Positions 1 through 8,973 of a stretch of DNA of 43,840 nucleotides are shown here, in pieces. A model generated the notes under the pieces. It did not search any database and was not told where the DNA came from. It was given only the letters and a program-made list of their open reading frames with translations. Numbering within the stretch: the stretch's first letter is position 1; every line of letters begins with the position of its first letter. A program made the translations under genes and the position numbers. The DNA lies in the NCBI GenBank assembly GCA_000997355.1, contig LCBS01000002.1:11144-54983 (forward strand), written 5' to 3'. This DNA is from a candidate division WWE3 bacterium GW2011_GWB1_41_6 (lineage in GTDB: Bacteria > Patescibacteriota > WWE3 > UBA101185 > UBA10185).

Positions 1-438
1 ATCCACACTGTTATAAATTATGTCTTGGGACACACCTGCCGTGACCTTAACTCCATAAGGATCCATCTGTGTGTGATTAAAGACCGTAACTACAGGTTCG
101 TACTTTTTTAGCGCGGTTACTACGCTATTAATTGCACCGGGAAGCAAAGTATCATCATCACAAAAGAACCAAACGTATCTTGTAGGAGCCAACTCGTAAC
201 AAGTACACACGTTCCCGTTAAAACCCAAATTCTTCTCGTTCCGGTTATAAATTAAATTGGGAATTCTATCTTTATAGCCTGAAACCATTTCTTGGGTATT
301 ATCCGGCGAGGTGTCATCCGATACTAATATTATTACCTCATCAGTATTCTGTTTCTCTAACTCTTTGAGAATTTCTTCTAAAGTCTCGGATCGGTTATAT
401 GTAGGTATAGCAAATGTTAGTAATGGTTTATTTTCCAT
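1..438 (-). CDS. Glycosyltransferase family 2 (GT-A), 3' end truncated by the window edge
   Basis: Not in the ORF track. Manual translation from ATG at 438 gives MENKPLLTFAIPTYNRSETL...ILVSDDTSPDNT...NLGFNGN...YVWFFCDDDTL, which has the GT2 IPTYN, DDxS and DxD-type motifs. The frame is open to position 1. Confidence 0.9.
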   Translation of the reverse strand, partial: MENKPLLTFAIPTYNRSETLEEILKELEKQNTDEVIILVSDDTSPDNTQEMVSGYKDRIPNLIYNRNEKNLGFNGNVCTCYELAPTRYVWFFCDDDTLLPGAINSVVTALKKYEPVVTVFNHTQMDPYGVKVTAGVSQDIIYNSVD

Positions 439-1099
439 TTTCGTTTTTAGCAACAACTAAAAATTGGTAACTAAAAAGAGTTGGGAGGAGTTTATTTAAA
501 TAGTTTAAACGTGTCAGTATACCAAACTGGTTATAAGGTAATACTTTAACTAGCTCCAACCCCGCAGACTCTACCATATGTGCTCCCGATTTTACAGTAT
601 AAAATTTCAAATGAGTCTTATCTAAAGTTCCAAAATCTTTATAATCCCATTTCCCCATTAGTAACAACAACCTATTTAAAATAAATGCTACGTTAGGCAG
701 CGACACAATAACTATTCCATCCGGTTTCAAATATCTCATAAGGTTCGTTAGAACTCCCACAGGGTTGACTAAGTGTTCTAGTACATCGGCAAATATTATT
801 ACATCGTAACGTCCATCAGTGTTATCTAGTTCAAAACTATCATTATTTAAATTTACTATAAACACATTTCTGTAACCTTTTCTTAGTGCTTGTTCTGAAA
901 CTTGCCTATTAACTTCAATTCCGTCGACTACACATCGCTTCTTTTCTTTAAGTAACCTTCCCAGGTTCCCAGTCCAACACCCCACATCCAAACAAAGAGA
1001 ATCCTCAGGAACTTCTTCGTAGACGAACATGTTCAAAGAATTGGAGTAATCTCCCGATGCTATTGTAGTAGTATTGTTTGTATCTATATTATTTAACAC
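428..1099 (-). CDS. Class I SAM-dependent methyltransferase (glycan-locus type)
   Basis: Motif I LDVGCWTG, followed by YDVIIFADVLEHL and LKPDG. GTG start overlaps the upstream gene end. Confidence 0.9.
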   Translation of the reverse strand: MLNNIDTNNTTTIASGDYSNSLNMFVYEEVPEDSLCLDVGCWTGNLGRLLKEKKRCVVDGIEVNRQVSEQALRKGYRNVFIVNLNNDSFELDNTDGRYDVIIFADVLEHLVNPVGVLTNLMRYLKPDGIVIVSLPNVAFILNRLLLLMGKWDYKDFGTLDKTHLKFYTVKSGAHMVESAGLELVKVLPYNQFGILTRLNYLNKLLPTLFSYQFLVVAKNENGK

Positions 1100-1898
1100 T
1101 TTTAATATAAAAAACTTCTGCTTGTTTCTTAAATAAATTATGTTTCAGTAATCTTTCTTCCAGTTTCATAATCTTTGGATATATAGAAGTAAGGTGCTTA
1201 ACTTTTGTTAATGGTACAAACCTATCCAACCATCCAAAAAGGAAAAAGAACACATGGCCGTGTCCTATTTCCTGCACTTCAAATCCAGTATCCCTTAGAA
1301 GCATAGCAACTTTTTGATAATCCACCGGATACTTCTCCGGAATTTTTCCATCAACTACCAAATCATCGGGAAACTTATTTTTAAAGAATGCCGGAAATAG
1401 TGCGAAGATATTTCTTCCTAATCTAATAAAAATGTTGTTAGAACTTAGGTCGCTTAAGAAGAACTTGCCGCCTGGTTTAAGTTTTTGATATATCTCACTG
1501 AATATATCTCCGTGATCAAATGAGTGGTGCAATACATGAAGCATAAACGCTGCATCTAAAGTACCATCCTCAATCTGCGGTATTTTATTATCTTTTATTT
1601 TATAGAAAGTGTAACCTGGATAGTACTCTTTTGCTTTTTTTACAGCCTGTTCCGCTATATCTACTCCGTAAAAAAAGTATTCTTCCAGATTTCTGGCCTC
1701 AAAAAAGATATCCAAAGAGGTGCCTGATCCGCATCCATATTCTAAAATATTTTTCTTGTCTTCTATCCAATTAAAACCTTCGATTTGCTCTTTATTTGCA
1801 TAATAATAAAAGATGTTTTTGGTAAATTCCTTTTTCCCGGCTAATGAGTTTTGGTTAAAAAATAGTTCTTGATCTGTTATTACATTGCTTTTATTCAT
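1089..1898 (-). CDS. Class I SAM-dependent methyltransferase
   Basis: ILEYGCGSG motif I, GVDIA, LHVLHH, LKPGG. Confidence 0.9.
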   Translation of the reverse strand: MNKSNVITDQELFFNQNSLAGKKEFTKNIFYYYANKEQIEGFNWIEDKKNILEYGCGSGTSLDIFFEARNLEEYFFYGVDIAEQAVKKAKEYYPGYTFYKIKDNKIPQIEDGTLDAAFMLHVLHHSFDHGDIFSEIYQKLKPGGKFFLSDLSSNNIFIRLGRNIFALFPAFFKNKFPDDLVVDGKIPEKYPVDYQKVAMLLRDTGFEVQEIGHGHVFFFLFGWLDRFVPLTKVKHLTSIYPKIMKLEERLLKHNLFKKQAEVFYIKSVK

Positions 1899-1904
1899 GT
1901 TTTT

Positions 1905-2492
1905 CTAAACTTTCTGAAGCGTAATCATAAGTTCTGTCGCGCCACCTACCCAGTAGCACCACACTCTTTCAAAAAATATTGGACTTAAATTAATTAGTTT
2001 ATTCAATAACAGAACAAATGGTTTTGCGAACCATACACACTGATTAGCATGAATGTATTTTGCGTAAAATCCTTTGTTTGGGTAAAGGCCAAAATACTTT
2101 ATCTCTTTCTCAAGTATCTTGTATTCCACGTTAGTATAAAAATGCTGGTAATTATTACTTTTCAAACAGTCGAAACTCATGTATCCGAATGGCCTAATGT
2201 GTGTAATATCGGTAAAAGCACCCAAAGAAGAAAAGTGAGGAACCCTCATATACAAAATACCTCCCGGCTTCAAAAACCTATAAACTTCCTCCAATTTTCT
2301 TAAAGGATTTTCCAAATGTTCGAGCACGTGATACATATGAGCTTCATCTGCGTAATTATCAGGAAAGGGATAGGGTACTTGGTTCAAGTCATGGACAACA
2401 TCTACGTAACCCTCAATTTTAACTGTATCCACACCTATAGAGTTGGGTATTCTGGTTTTCCCACAACCGAGATTAAGTACTATTTTTTCCAT
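1905..2492 (-). CDS. Class I SAM-dependent methyltransferase (short Methyltransf_11-like type)
   Basis: LNLGCG, HVLEHL, LKPGG. Start moved from 2513 to ATG 2492 (MEKIVLNLGCG), which lies 7 nt after a TGcTATACT box. Confidence 0.88.
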   Translation of the reverse strand: MEKIVLNLGCGKTRIPNSIGVDTVKIEGYVDVVHDLNQVPYPFPDNYADEAHMYHVLEHLENPLRKLEEVYRFLKPGGILYMRVPHFSSLGAFTDITHIRPFGYMSFDCLKSNNYQHFYTNVEYKILEKEIKYFGLYPNKGFYAKYIHANQCVWFAKPFVLLLNKLINLSPIFFERVWCYWVGGATELMITLQKV

Positions 2493-2499
2493 ATAAAAT

Positions 2500-2508
2500 A
2501 GTATAGCA
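2500..2508 (-). promoter_or_regulatory. Extended -10 element TGcTATACT, probable leaderless promoter
   Basis: Lies 7 nt upstream of ATG 2492, with no Shine-Dalgarno (SD) sequence in between. Confidence 0.6.
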
Positions 2509-2587
2509 TTCACTTTTTATACAGTCCTGCATAAAGTAAAGGCTTCGCTCATTGCCACCAACTTCAAAATTAAGGTATTATAGTTGA

Positions 2588-3871
2588 ATGAAGGGTTTTT
2601 TCGTTTTTAGTTCTGTAGCAGTTGTTGTTTTTATTTTAAAACTATCAATATCAACGCTTGGCTATAATAATGACATCGAGATATGGAAACACGTATCTAG
2701 AGGAATGTTAGATGGGTTTTTAAACGGCAGGGTCATATATACATATACTCAATTTTATAACCACGGTCCAATCAGATCTTACGCATTATATTTCTTAGCG
2801 TTTGCTTTAAATAAATTATCCCTTAATGACATGTATACATTCCACATCTGGGTGGTATTTTTCCTATCCATATTCGACACTATCATGGCATTATTAATCT
2901 GGAAAATATTCGGAAAAGTATCATCGCTTATTTACTTGTTAAATCCGGTAAGTTTACTTATCACCGGATATCACTCACAGATAGAAAGCACAACTATTAT
3001 GATAGGTTTGTTAAGTTGGTTCGTTTTACTAAAGGCAAAAGATCTCTATGAAAAGAAGAATCCCAAGTATAAAAAACTCCTGATTGCCTCCGCCATAATT
3101 TTAGGATTTTCTCTGGGTATAAAACACGTTTTATTCTTTTTCCCGTTTTACGTATTTCTTATGCACCGCAGGAATAAGATCTTTAAAACCTCGGATATTA
3201 TTACTTATATCTTTATACCGTATTTTATCTTTTTCGGACTTTTCGGAATAGAAATCTTACGTGATTCTTATCATCCTGCAGCGATCACATTTAGGAATAT
3301 AAAGATGTTTGTATTTGACTACAGAAGCGGAGGGCTGTACGGTACTTCCGGTTTTGCTCAGCTTCTTCATCTATTTTTACCGGCTGCTTACATACAAAAA
3401 TACTTTTCGTGGACGCCTTTCTTTAAAGATTATTCATTTTTCTTTGTTACAAGTTTGTTATTATTTGGTGTATTGGCGATAAATAAAGTAAAGGATATTA
3501 AGATCGTGTACCCACTTTATTTACTTGCGATGTTTGCCTTTTCACCTTCCTTGGCAAATCAATATATGGCTGTCCCATTGCTAGCAATGTCTGTGTTTTA
3601 TAAAAATATTATTGCGTTCATATACTTTTTAAATACTTATATTTATTTAGCTGCAGGTCCTTCAGCAAATATTAGCGGCTTAGTCCGGTACCAAATGAAT
3701 TTACTGATAGGTAATATTAAAGTTCCATTCTTTCCTTGGAGTATGTCAACTCAGCATCAGGATAAGTATTCACAAGTGTGGGCTATACTGCTGGCAATTC
3801 TTCTTCTGTACCAGATGTACTACACTCCGACAAGAAAGCAGGTTGTTAATATAATTAAAAATTATTTATGA
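2588..3871 (+). CDS. Multi-pass membrane protein, GT-C-like glycosyltransferase (GT87/PIG-M-like architecture)
   Basis: Many hydrophobic segments, acidic residues in the first loop (GYNNDIE), YNHGP, YLLNPVS, HSQIES, LGIKH and QY motifs typical of lipid-P-sugar-dependent transferases. Confidence 0.65.
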   Translation: MKGFFVFSSVAVVVFILKLSISTLGYNNDIEIWKHVSRGMLDGFLNGRVIYTYTQFYNHGPIRSYALYFLAFALNKLSLNDMYTFHIWVVFFLSIFDTIMALLIWKIFGKVSSLIYLLNPVSLLITGYHSQIESTTIMIGLLSWFVLLKAKDLYEKKNPKYKKLLIASAIILGFSLGIKHVLFFFPFYVFLMHRRNKIFKTSDIITYIFIPYFIFFGLFGIEILRDSYHPAAITFRNIKMFVFDYRSGGLYGTSGFAQLLHLFLPAAYIQKYFSWTPFFKDYSFFFVTSLLLFGVLAINKVKDIKIVYPLYLLAMFAFSPSLANQYMAVPLLAMSVFYKNIIAFIYFLNTYIYLAAGPSANISGLVRYQMNLLIGNIKVPFFPWSMSTQHQDKYSQVWAILLAILLLYQMYYTPTRKQVVNIIKNYL

Positions 3872-4266
3872 TTAAAAAACTATCTTTAGCAGCATACTTT
3901 TCTGCATTTACTTTTATTATCATTATGTTGGTAATTTTCATAAAAACATATACTGATGAGGGAAATAAAATAACAATACGGAAAGCCGCCAATATAACGG
4001 AGTGCCCAAAATCCTCAGATGAGGTGGATGTAACGGCAAATGTTATCGAGCAATGTGATGGAAACAAAGAATGCATCTATTCACAACCCTTTGAAAAAGC
4101 CGTATCCGGTTGTATCAATAAACATAAGGTGGAGTGGAGCTGTCAAGATTCCGGAATTTTTAAAGCTCTATATTCATCAACAAACGTCATAGATAAAAAA
4201 ACCGGTAATATAGAGACAACAATTCGCTGTCCGGGAAGAATTTTCAAACCTGCTAATAGCGTTTAA
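3868..4266 (+). CDS. Membrane-anchored 6-Cys protein, SUEL/galactose-rhamnose lectin-like
   Basis: N-terminal TM helix, then DVT...CDGNKECIY...GCINKHKVEWSC with SUEL-like Cys spacing. ATGA overlap with the upstream gene. Confidence 0.5.
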   Translation: MIKKLSLAAYFSAFTFIIIMLVIFIKTYTDEGNKITIRKAANITECPKSSDEVDVTANVIEQCDGNKECIYSQPFEKAVSGCINKHKVEWSCQDSGIFKALYSSTNVIDKKTGNIETTIRCPGRIFKPANSV

Positions 4267-4277
4267 CTACACGAAAG

Positions 4278-4286
4278 TGATATTAT
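4278..4286 (+). promoter_or_regulatory. Extended -10 element TGaTATTAT, probable leaderless promoter
   Basis: Lies 7 nt upstream of ATG 4294, no SD. Confidence 0.55.
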
Positions 4287-4293
4287 TACTTTT

Positions 4294-5187
4294 ATGGATT
4301 CAATAGATTTTATCGGCATCGGTGCTCCCAAAAGCGGTTCTACATGGCTTAGTAAGTGTCTGGAAGAACATCCACAAATATTACTTTCATCTAAGAAAAC
4401 TAGGAAGGAAGTACTATTCTTTAATACGGATGATATATGGGGTGAGCATAAAACAAACAGACTATCCTGTTATAATCGTGGATTTGAATGGTATCTACAG
4501 CAATTTCCTGAACCAAAAGTTGGATACTTACGTGGTGAATTTAGCGCATCGTATATGGCAGATCCAGTCGCGTATGAAAGAATTAAGGAACATTTGCCAA
4601 ATGTTAAACTAGTAGCTATTCTTAGAAATCCTGTTGATATGGTCTACTCGTCATATTGGTATTTTTATCATGGAACATTACTTGACGTCCCGGAGAGTTT
4701 TTCGGAATCTTTATCTAAAGGAATGTTTATTGATAAAGGATTTTATTATAAACACTTAAAGAAATTTTATGATAACTTTCCTGCTGATAATATCCATGTA
4801 GTTATTTACGACGATACAATTAAAAACCCTACCTCCGTCACACGTGACTTATATAATTTTTTGGGAGTAGATCCAAGTTTCATTCCCCCATCAATTGATA
4901 AGAGAATTAACAGTGCCTATGAAACAAAAAGCAAACTCTTAAAAGATATTATTCATAAGTGTATGGTCGCCATCGATAGATTAGAACTTGAGAATGTACG
5001 AATGCGAATCTTAGAGAGTAGGACACTCTTTAATATTTATTCTACAATTAATAAACGCCCCAGCCAGTATCCAAAAATGAGCGTTGATGACAGAAAAAAA
5101 TGTGTTGAGATTTTTATGGATGATATTAATTCTCTGGAAAAGTTACTCAACAGGGATTTTAGTTCCTGGAAATCGGTTGAATCTTAA
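4294..5187 (+). CDS. PAPS-dependent sulfotransferase
   Basis: 5'-PSB loop IGAPKSGSTWL, KEVLFF, GEFSASY and 3'-PB motif LRNPVDMVYS. Confidence 0.92.
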   Translation: MDSIDFIGIGAPKSGSTWLSKCLEEHPQILLSSKKTRKEVLFFNTDDIWGEHKTNRLSCYNRGFEWYLQQFPEPKVGYLRGEFSASYMADPVAYERIKEHLPNVKLVAILRNPVDMVYSSYWYFYHGTLLDVPESFSESLSKGMFIDKGFYYKHLKKFYDNFPADNIHVVIYDDTIKNPTSVTRDLYNFLGVDPSFIPPSIDKRINSAYETKSKLLKDIIHKCMVAIDRLELENVRMRILESRTLFNIYSTINKRPSQYPKMSVDDRKKCVEIFMDDINSLEKLLNRDFSSWKSVES

Positions 5188-6236
5188 CTGATACTGTTAT
5201 GGATATTCGATATAGTCTGAACCCTATGATGATAAGTATGCTCAGCTAATACTCTTTGTTTACCTGCTTCTATTATCTTTAATCTCTCATTAGGATATTT
5301 AAGATAGTGTTGTATCTTCTCCGTCCAATCGACTTTATCATCAGCAATCACTATCTCATCGCCCTCTCTAAAATATTTTCTTATGCATGCAACATCGTCA
5401 GTAATTTCAAAACCTCCGCATGCAGGTATTTTAAATGTCCGTTCGTTACAGTCTCCTCCATACTTCTTCTGATACTCCTCATGGACGTTCAAGGATACGG
5501 TGGATGATGTGTATATTTTTCTTTCATCCTCTAAACTTAATTTAGGTTTTTGCAAAGCTTTAAGATAAGGGATGTTAAAATATTGACCACCTTTTTGGAT
5601 TAAGGATAGGATACGGTCTGTAGCAGCCCAATCCTGACCGTAAGTACGAACGTTATAGATGCTCCGCATAGGGAGTATGACTTCTTTAAAAAACGCGCGT
5701 TTTTCAGGAAGATTGGTACCAAGGAAGGATATATCGGAGTGGAATCGCTCCGAATATTCCGGATAGTGCATAGTTTTGTCTGCTGCTAAAGGGATTGTGT
5801 AATGTTTATAACCGGTCTCCTTTTCAAAACCTTCCATTCGTGGATCACCGACTTCACAAACATTGTAGTATACATCCCCAAATCTGCCGGACTTTATCAT
5901 GTTGGTATATTCAGGCATATCAGACAGACCGGGAGATTCGTTAATGCGTAATTTTGATAGAGGTGATTTCCAAAACGGTATCGAGACGAAAACTTTGGCT
6001 CCATTCTTCCTTGCTTGCTGTATATTTTCCAAATCCAGAAATTTCAGAACATACGAATTAATACCTGTAAAAATTATATGAGGTTTGTATTCTTCTATTT
6101 CTTTCTTTTGGTTGCTATCAGCTGTAAGAAATCTAAAATCGTGACCTAAGTCCGTGAAAGCGTTCTTATAGCCATTGTAAATTGTCCTTCCTGCGTAGAT
6201 TGTATTAAGATGGGGAACGAAATATAATATTTTCAT
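5184..6236 (-). CDS. CgeB-like GT-B glycosyltransferase (Glyco_trans_1_2-type C-terminus)
   Basis: DISFLGT, ISLNVH-like VSLNVH, NERTFKIPACGGFEITD, HTYHHR. Likely start is MKILYF at 6236, 1 nt after the upstream stop. Confidence 0.85.
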   Translation of the reverse strand: MKILYFVPHLNTIYAGRTIYNGYKNAFTDLGHDFRFLTADSNQKKEIEEYKPHIIFTGINSYVLKFLDLENIQQARKNGAKVFVSIPFWKSPLSKLRINESPGLSDMPEYTNMIKSGRFGDVYYNVCEVGDPRMEGFEKETGYKHYTIPLAADKTMHYPEYSERFHSDISFLGTNLPEKRAFFKEVILPMRSIYNVRTYGQDWAATDRILSLIQKGGQYFNIPYLKALQKPKLSLEDERKIYTSSTVSLNVHEEYQKKYGGDCNERTFKIPACGGFEITDDVACIRKYFREGDEIVIADDKVDWTEKIQHYLKYPNERLKIIEAGKQRVLAEHTYHHRVQTISNIHNSIS

Positions 6237-6237
6237 T

Positions 6238-6909
6238 CTAACTTTTTCTGACGAAACCTTCCCAAACGAACGGATAACTATATGAAGAGTTGTGTGTTTG
6301 AAGTAACTTTTCAACTATCCGTTTTCTTTCTTTGGCGGCATTAGGTACCGTGGTATGAAACTGAACTTGCAATTCCTTTATATGACTGATGAACCCTGAC
6401 TCAATAATCCTGTCTAATAGTGAGTACTCTCCACCTTCAATATTTATAGATATTAGATCAATATCCTTGGATAAATTTAATTCTTTTACTATCTCTGAAA
6501 CATCACGCAAGGCGATTTTCTGCTTATCTTGGCCTTCAGAATAGACTGAACTTTTTTCTCCCAACACACTGATGAACATTTCCCCATTAGTCCCCGAAAG
6601 ACCGTAATTAAATATGTGAACATTAGGGCTGTTATTATATTTTGATACAAGAGTCTTATAGAAAGTGTCTACTGGTTCAAAAATGTAAATATTTGGACTA
6701 TACTTCTTCAAGATCCTGTCAGAAAAAACACCAATATAACCACCCACGTCAAAAACAATACTGTCCTGGTTTAATACGTGATCGACTAATAAAGTTTCTT
6801 CACCGTTATCGTAAAACCACTTACCTAAATTCTCCTTGTAAATGTTATTTCCTAATATTTTGTAATATAAATAATAAAAAAAACCTGCGATTCTTTTTGC
6901 TAACTTCAT
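6238..6909 (-). CDS. FkbM-family methyltransferase
   Basis: VFDVGGYIG, FEP, INIEGGE, LQVQFH. Strong SD AGGAGGT upstream. Confidence 0.88.
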   Translation of the reverse strand: MKLAKRIAGFFYYLYYKILGNNIYKENLGKWFYDNGEETLLVDHVLNQDSIVFDVGGYIGVFSDRILKKYSPNIYIFEPVDTFYKTLVSKYNNSPNVHIFNYGLSGTNGEMFISVLGEKSSVYSEGQDKQKIALRDVSEIVKELNLSKDIDLISINIEGGEYSLLDRIIESGFISHIKELQVQFHTTVPNAAKERKRIVEKLLQTHNSSYSYPFVWEGFVRKS

Positions 6910-6919
6910 TTCCTACCTC

Positions 6920-8059
6920 CTAAGTAAACAAACTTGAAAAAATAACATTGTAATCAAAAGAAGCTGAAAATTCCACGGCGTTTTTACGATATATATCATT
7001 GATTTCGGGTTGCATAAGTTTTGTTACCGCATCCACAATATTCTCTATATTTTCCTCTATAACTATACCTGCATTTGAATCCCGGATCTGCTTAGACATC
7101 CAAGGTAAGTCAGTCAGTACCGGAGGAACTCCGCACGCCAAATACTTCTTTATTTTTCCCGGATCTGCGTAATATGTCCAGGTATCTAAACTTTTTATAT
7201 AAGGAGCTATTGCGACACAAGACTTGGCAATTTCTGCTTCTAAAACTTCATCTTCTTCTATCTTTCCTTTAAAATCACAGTATTCGCCCACACCTAAACT
7301 TGAAGCTAAGTTTTTCAACTCGATCCTGTATTCCCCACCGCCAATGATCTTGAATTTTAACCCCGGAATGTTTTTTATTAACTGAGGAAGTGCTTGTATT
7401 ACTAATTGAACACCTTGTTTCGGTATAAGTATCCCCATATAAACTAAAGTCGTTCTTTCACACTCGGTATATGAATATTTTTTTATCCGGTCCCGCCACA
7501 CACCATAAGGCACCACTTTTTGCACTTTATAAATTGACTTGGGAATACCCCACAAATTTTCCCTGGCTTCTGCCATTCTCGGAGACAAATCCCACACTTC
7601 ATCTGAATTCTTATACCCGGAAACATTAATAAACTTATATATCCGGTTTTTTAATTCCGAATCAAACCGGTTTCCCGGCACAAAATCTATTACCCAATAA
7701 ACGGTTTTTTCAACCTTTTTAATAAACTTTAACAACTCACCGGACAATGTACATAATCCATCCATCCCGATGTAGTAATCCCAAACTAACTTAGAACCGA
7801 CAACCCATTTCACTGTGTAAAACAATTCCTTTAGGTAAATCAACGGTTCCGGCCAATTCTTATAATCTCTTGATCTCTCCTCCTTACAAAAAGCTCCGTC
7901 TCTATACCATGTATAATAGCTGCATCTATCTTCAGCCTCGTTAAAACTATGGCGTATGTGAAGTACATTCTTATATTTGTTCTTGTTAAGGTAAATCACC
8001 AGATCATCGTCAGGCTGCGTAAGATATTTGTGAGCAACAATTGCAATATTTTTAGACAC
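6920..8059 (-). CDS. GT-B (GT4-like) glycosyltransferase
   Basis: LVYMGILIPKQGV, KIIGGG, DPGKIKKYLACGVP. GTG start overlaps the upstream TAG. Confidence 0.85.
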   Translation of the reverse strand: MSKNIAIVAHKYLTQPDDDLVIYLNKNKYKNVLHIRHSFNEAEDRCSYYTWYRDGAFCKEERSRDYKNWPEPLIYLKELFYTVKWVVGSKLVWDYYIGMDGLCTLSGELLKFIKKVEKTVYWVIDFVPGNRFDSELKNRIYKFINVSGYKNSDEVWDLSPRMAEARENLWGIPKSIYKVQKVVPYGVWRDRIKKYSYTECERTTLVYMGILIPKQGVQLVIQALPQLIKNIPGLKFKIIGGGEYRIELKNLASSLGVGEYCDFKGKIEEDEVLEAEIAKSCVAIAPYIKSLDTWTYYADPGKIKKYLACGVPPVLTDLPWMSKQIRDSNAGIVIEENIENIVDAVTKLMQPEINDIYRKNAVEFSASFDYNVIFSSLFT

Positions 8060-8827
8060 TATATTAACCCTCTGTTCCTAAGAAAATTGAATAAATCAAC
8101 TCTAAAAGAAGGGGGCATAATGTATCCTGTTGCTAATTGTAATATGTTGTAAATCACATCAGAAATACCATACGTATAGCCAAGGTTTCTTACAGCGTTA
8201 ATCCGCATTTTTAACGTTAACATTTCTACCCTCCTCAGTTTTCTATTACTGGTAGAATTCATAAAAACCCTATACTTCAACAAGGGGTAAGGTACTGAAG
8301 AAAATTTGTACTTGCTTCCCATTTTGAACCACAGATCTGAACATTACGACAGGATGGGCAAAGGGACTATATCTCATCATAGTTCGTTTCAAAGATCCGG
8401 GATTTGTTTTGTACGAACGGTAGGTTAACACACGATCATTCTCGTCGATGATCTGAATATCGGCGCCTACCACTCCTACTTCCGGATCATCTGAAATTAG
8501 TTTGTACTGCATCTCCAACCTCCAGGGAAAACTAACATCGTCAGCATCCATACGGGCAATGATATTCGATCTGGAAAGACCAATCCCTTTATTTAACGAA
8601 CGGGCGATATATAAATTCTTTTCGTTTCTTATAACAATAATTCTCTTATCCTTATGTATGTATTCTTTGAGGATCTCAGGTGTAGAGTCAGTAGATGCAT
8701 CATCAACAACTATAAGCTCAAACTCTTTAAAAGTTTGATTTAAAATGCTATCGATTGCATGTTTAATGTATTTTTCTCCGTTATAGACCGGTAGTACTAT
8801 TGATATAAGCGGCGTTTTATTATCCAT
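8059..8827 (-). pseudogene. GT2 glycosyltransferase disrupted by an internal deletion and frameshift near 8335-8343
   Basis: The N-terminal frame (ISIVLPVYN, VDDASTD, ARMDADD, HPVVMFR) jumps directly to DLWFKMGSKYKF...LLKYR in another frame. The usual GGY..ED segment is missing. Confidence 0.82.
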
Positions 8828-8917
8828 GTTTTTTAATTACTTCTGATGATACTACACTTTATTTGTTATATATCATTATATAATACTGTATTTAAGGATT
8901 AGAGACACAACTAAATA

Positions 8918-8926
8918 TGTTACAAT
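8918..8926 (+). promoter_or_regulatory. Extended -10 element TGtTACAAT for the 8974 gene (leadered, SD-like GAAGGGAG)
   Basis: Motif match in the AT-rich divergent spacer, ~47 nt before the ATG. Confidence 0.4.
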
Positions 8927-8973
8927 AGGCCTATAGCACTTTATTTGGCTGTTAAATAAGAAGGGAGAAACAT

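Noticed and set aside
8270-8346. Programmed ribosomal frameshift or homopolymer phase variation in the GT2
   Set aside because: There is no slippery heptamer or repeat tract at the junction, and conserved coding sequence is missing, so frame restoration would not give an intact enzyme.
8866-8883. Inverted repeat TTATATA-tcat-TATATAA as an operator
   Set aside because: The arms are pure A/T in an AT-rich spacer, which is easily due to chance, and no regulator gene is nearby.
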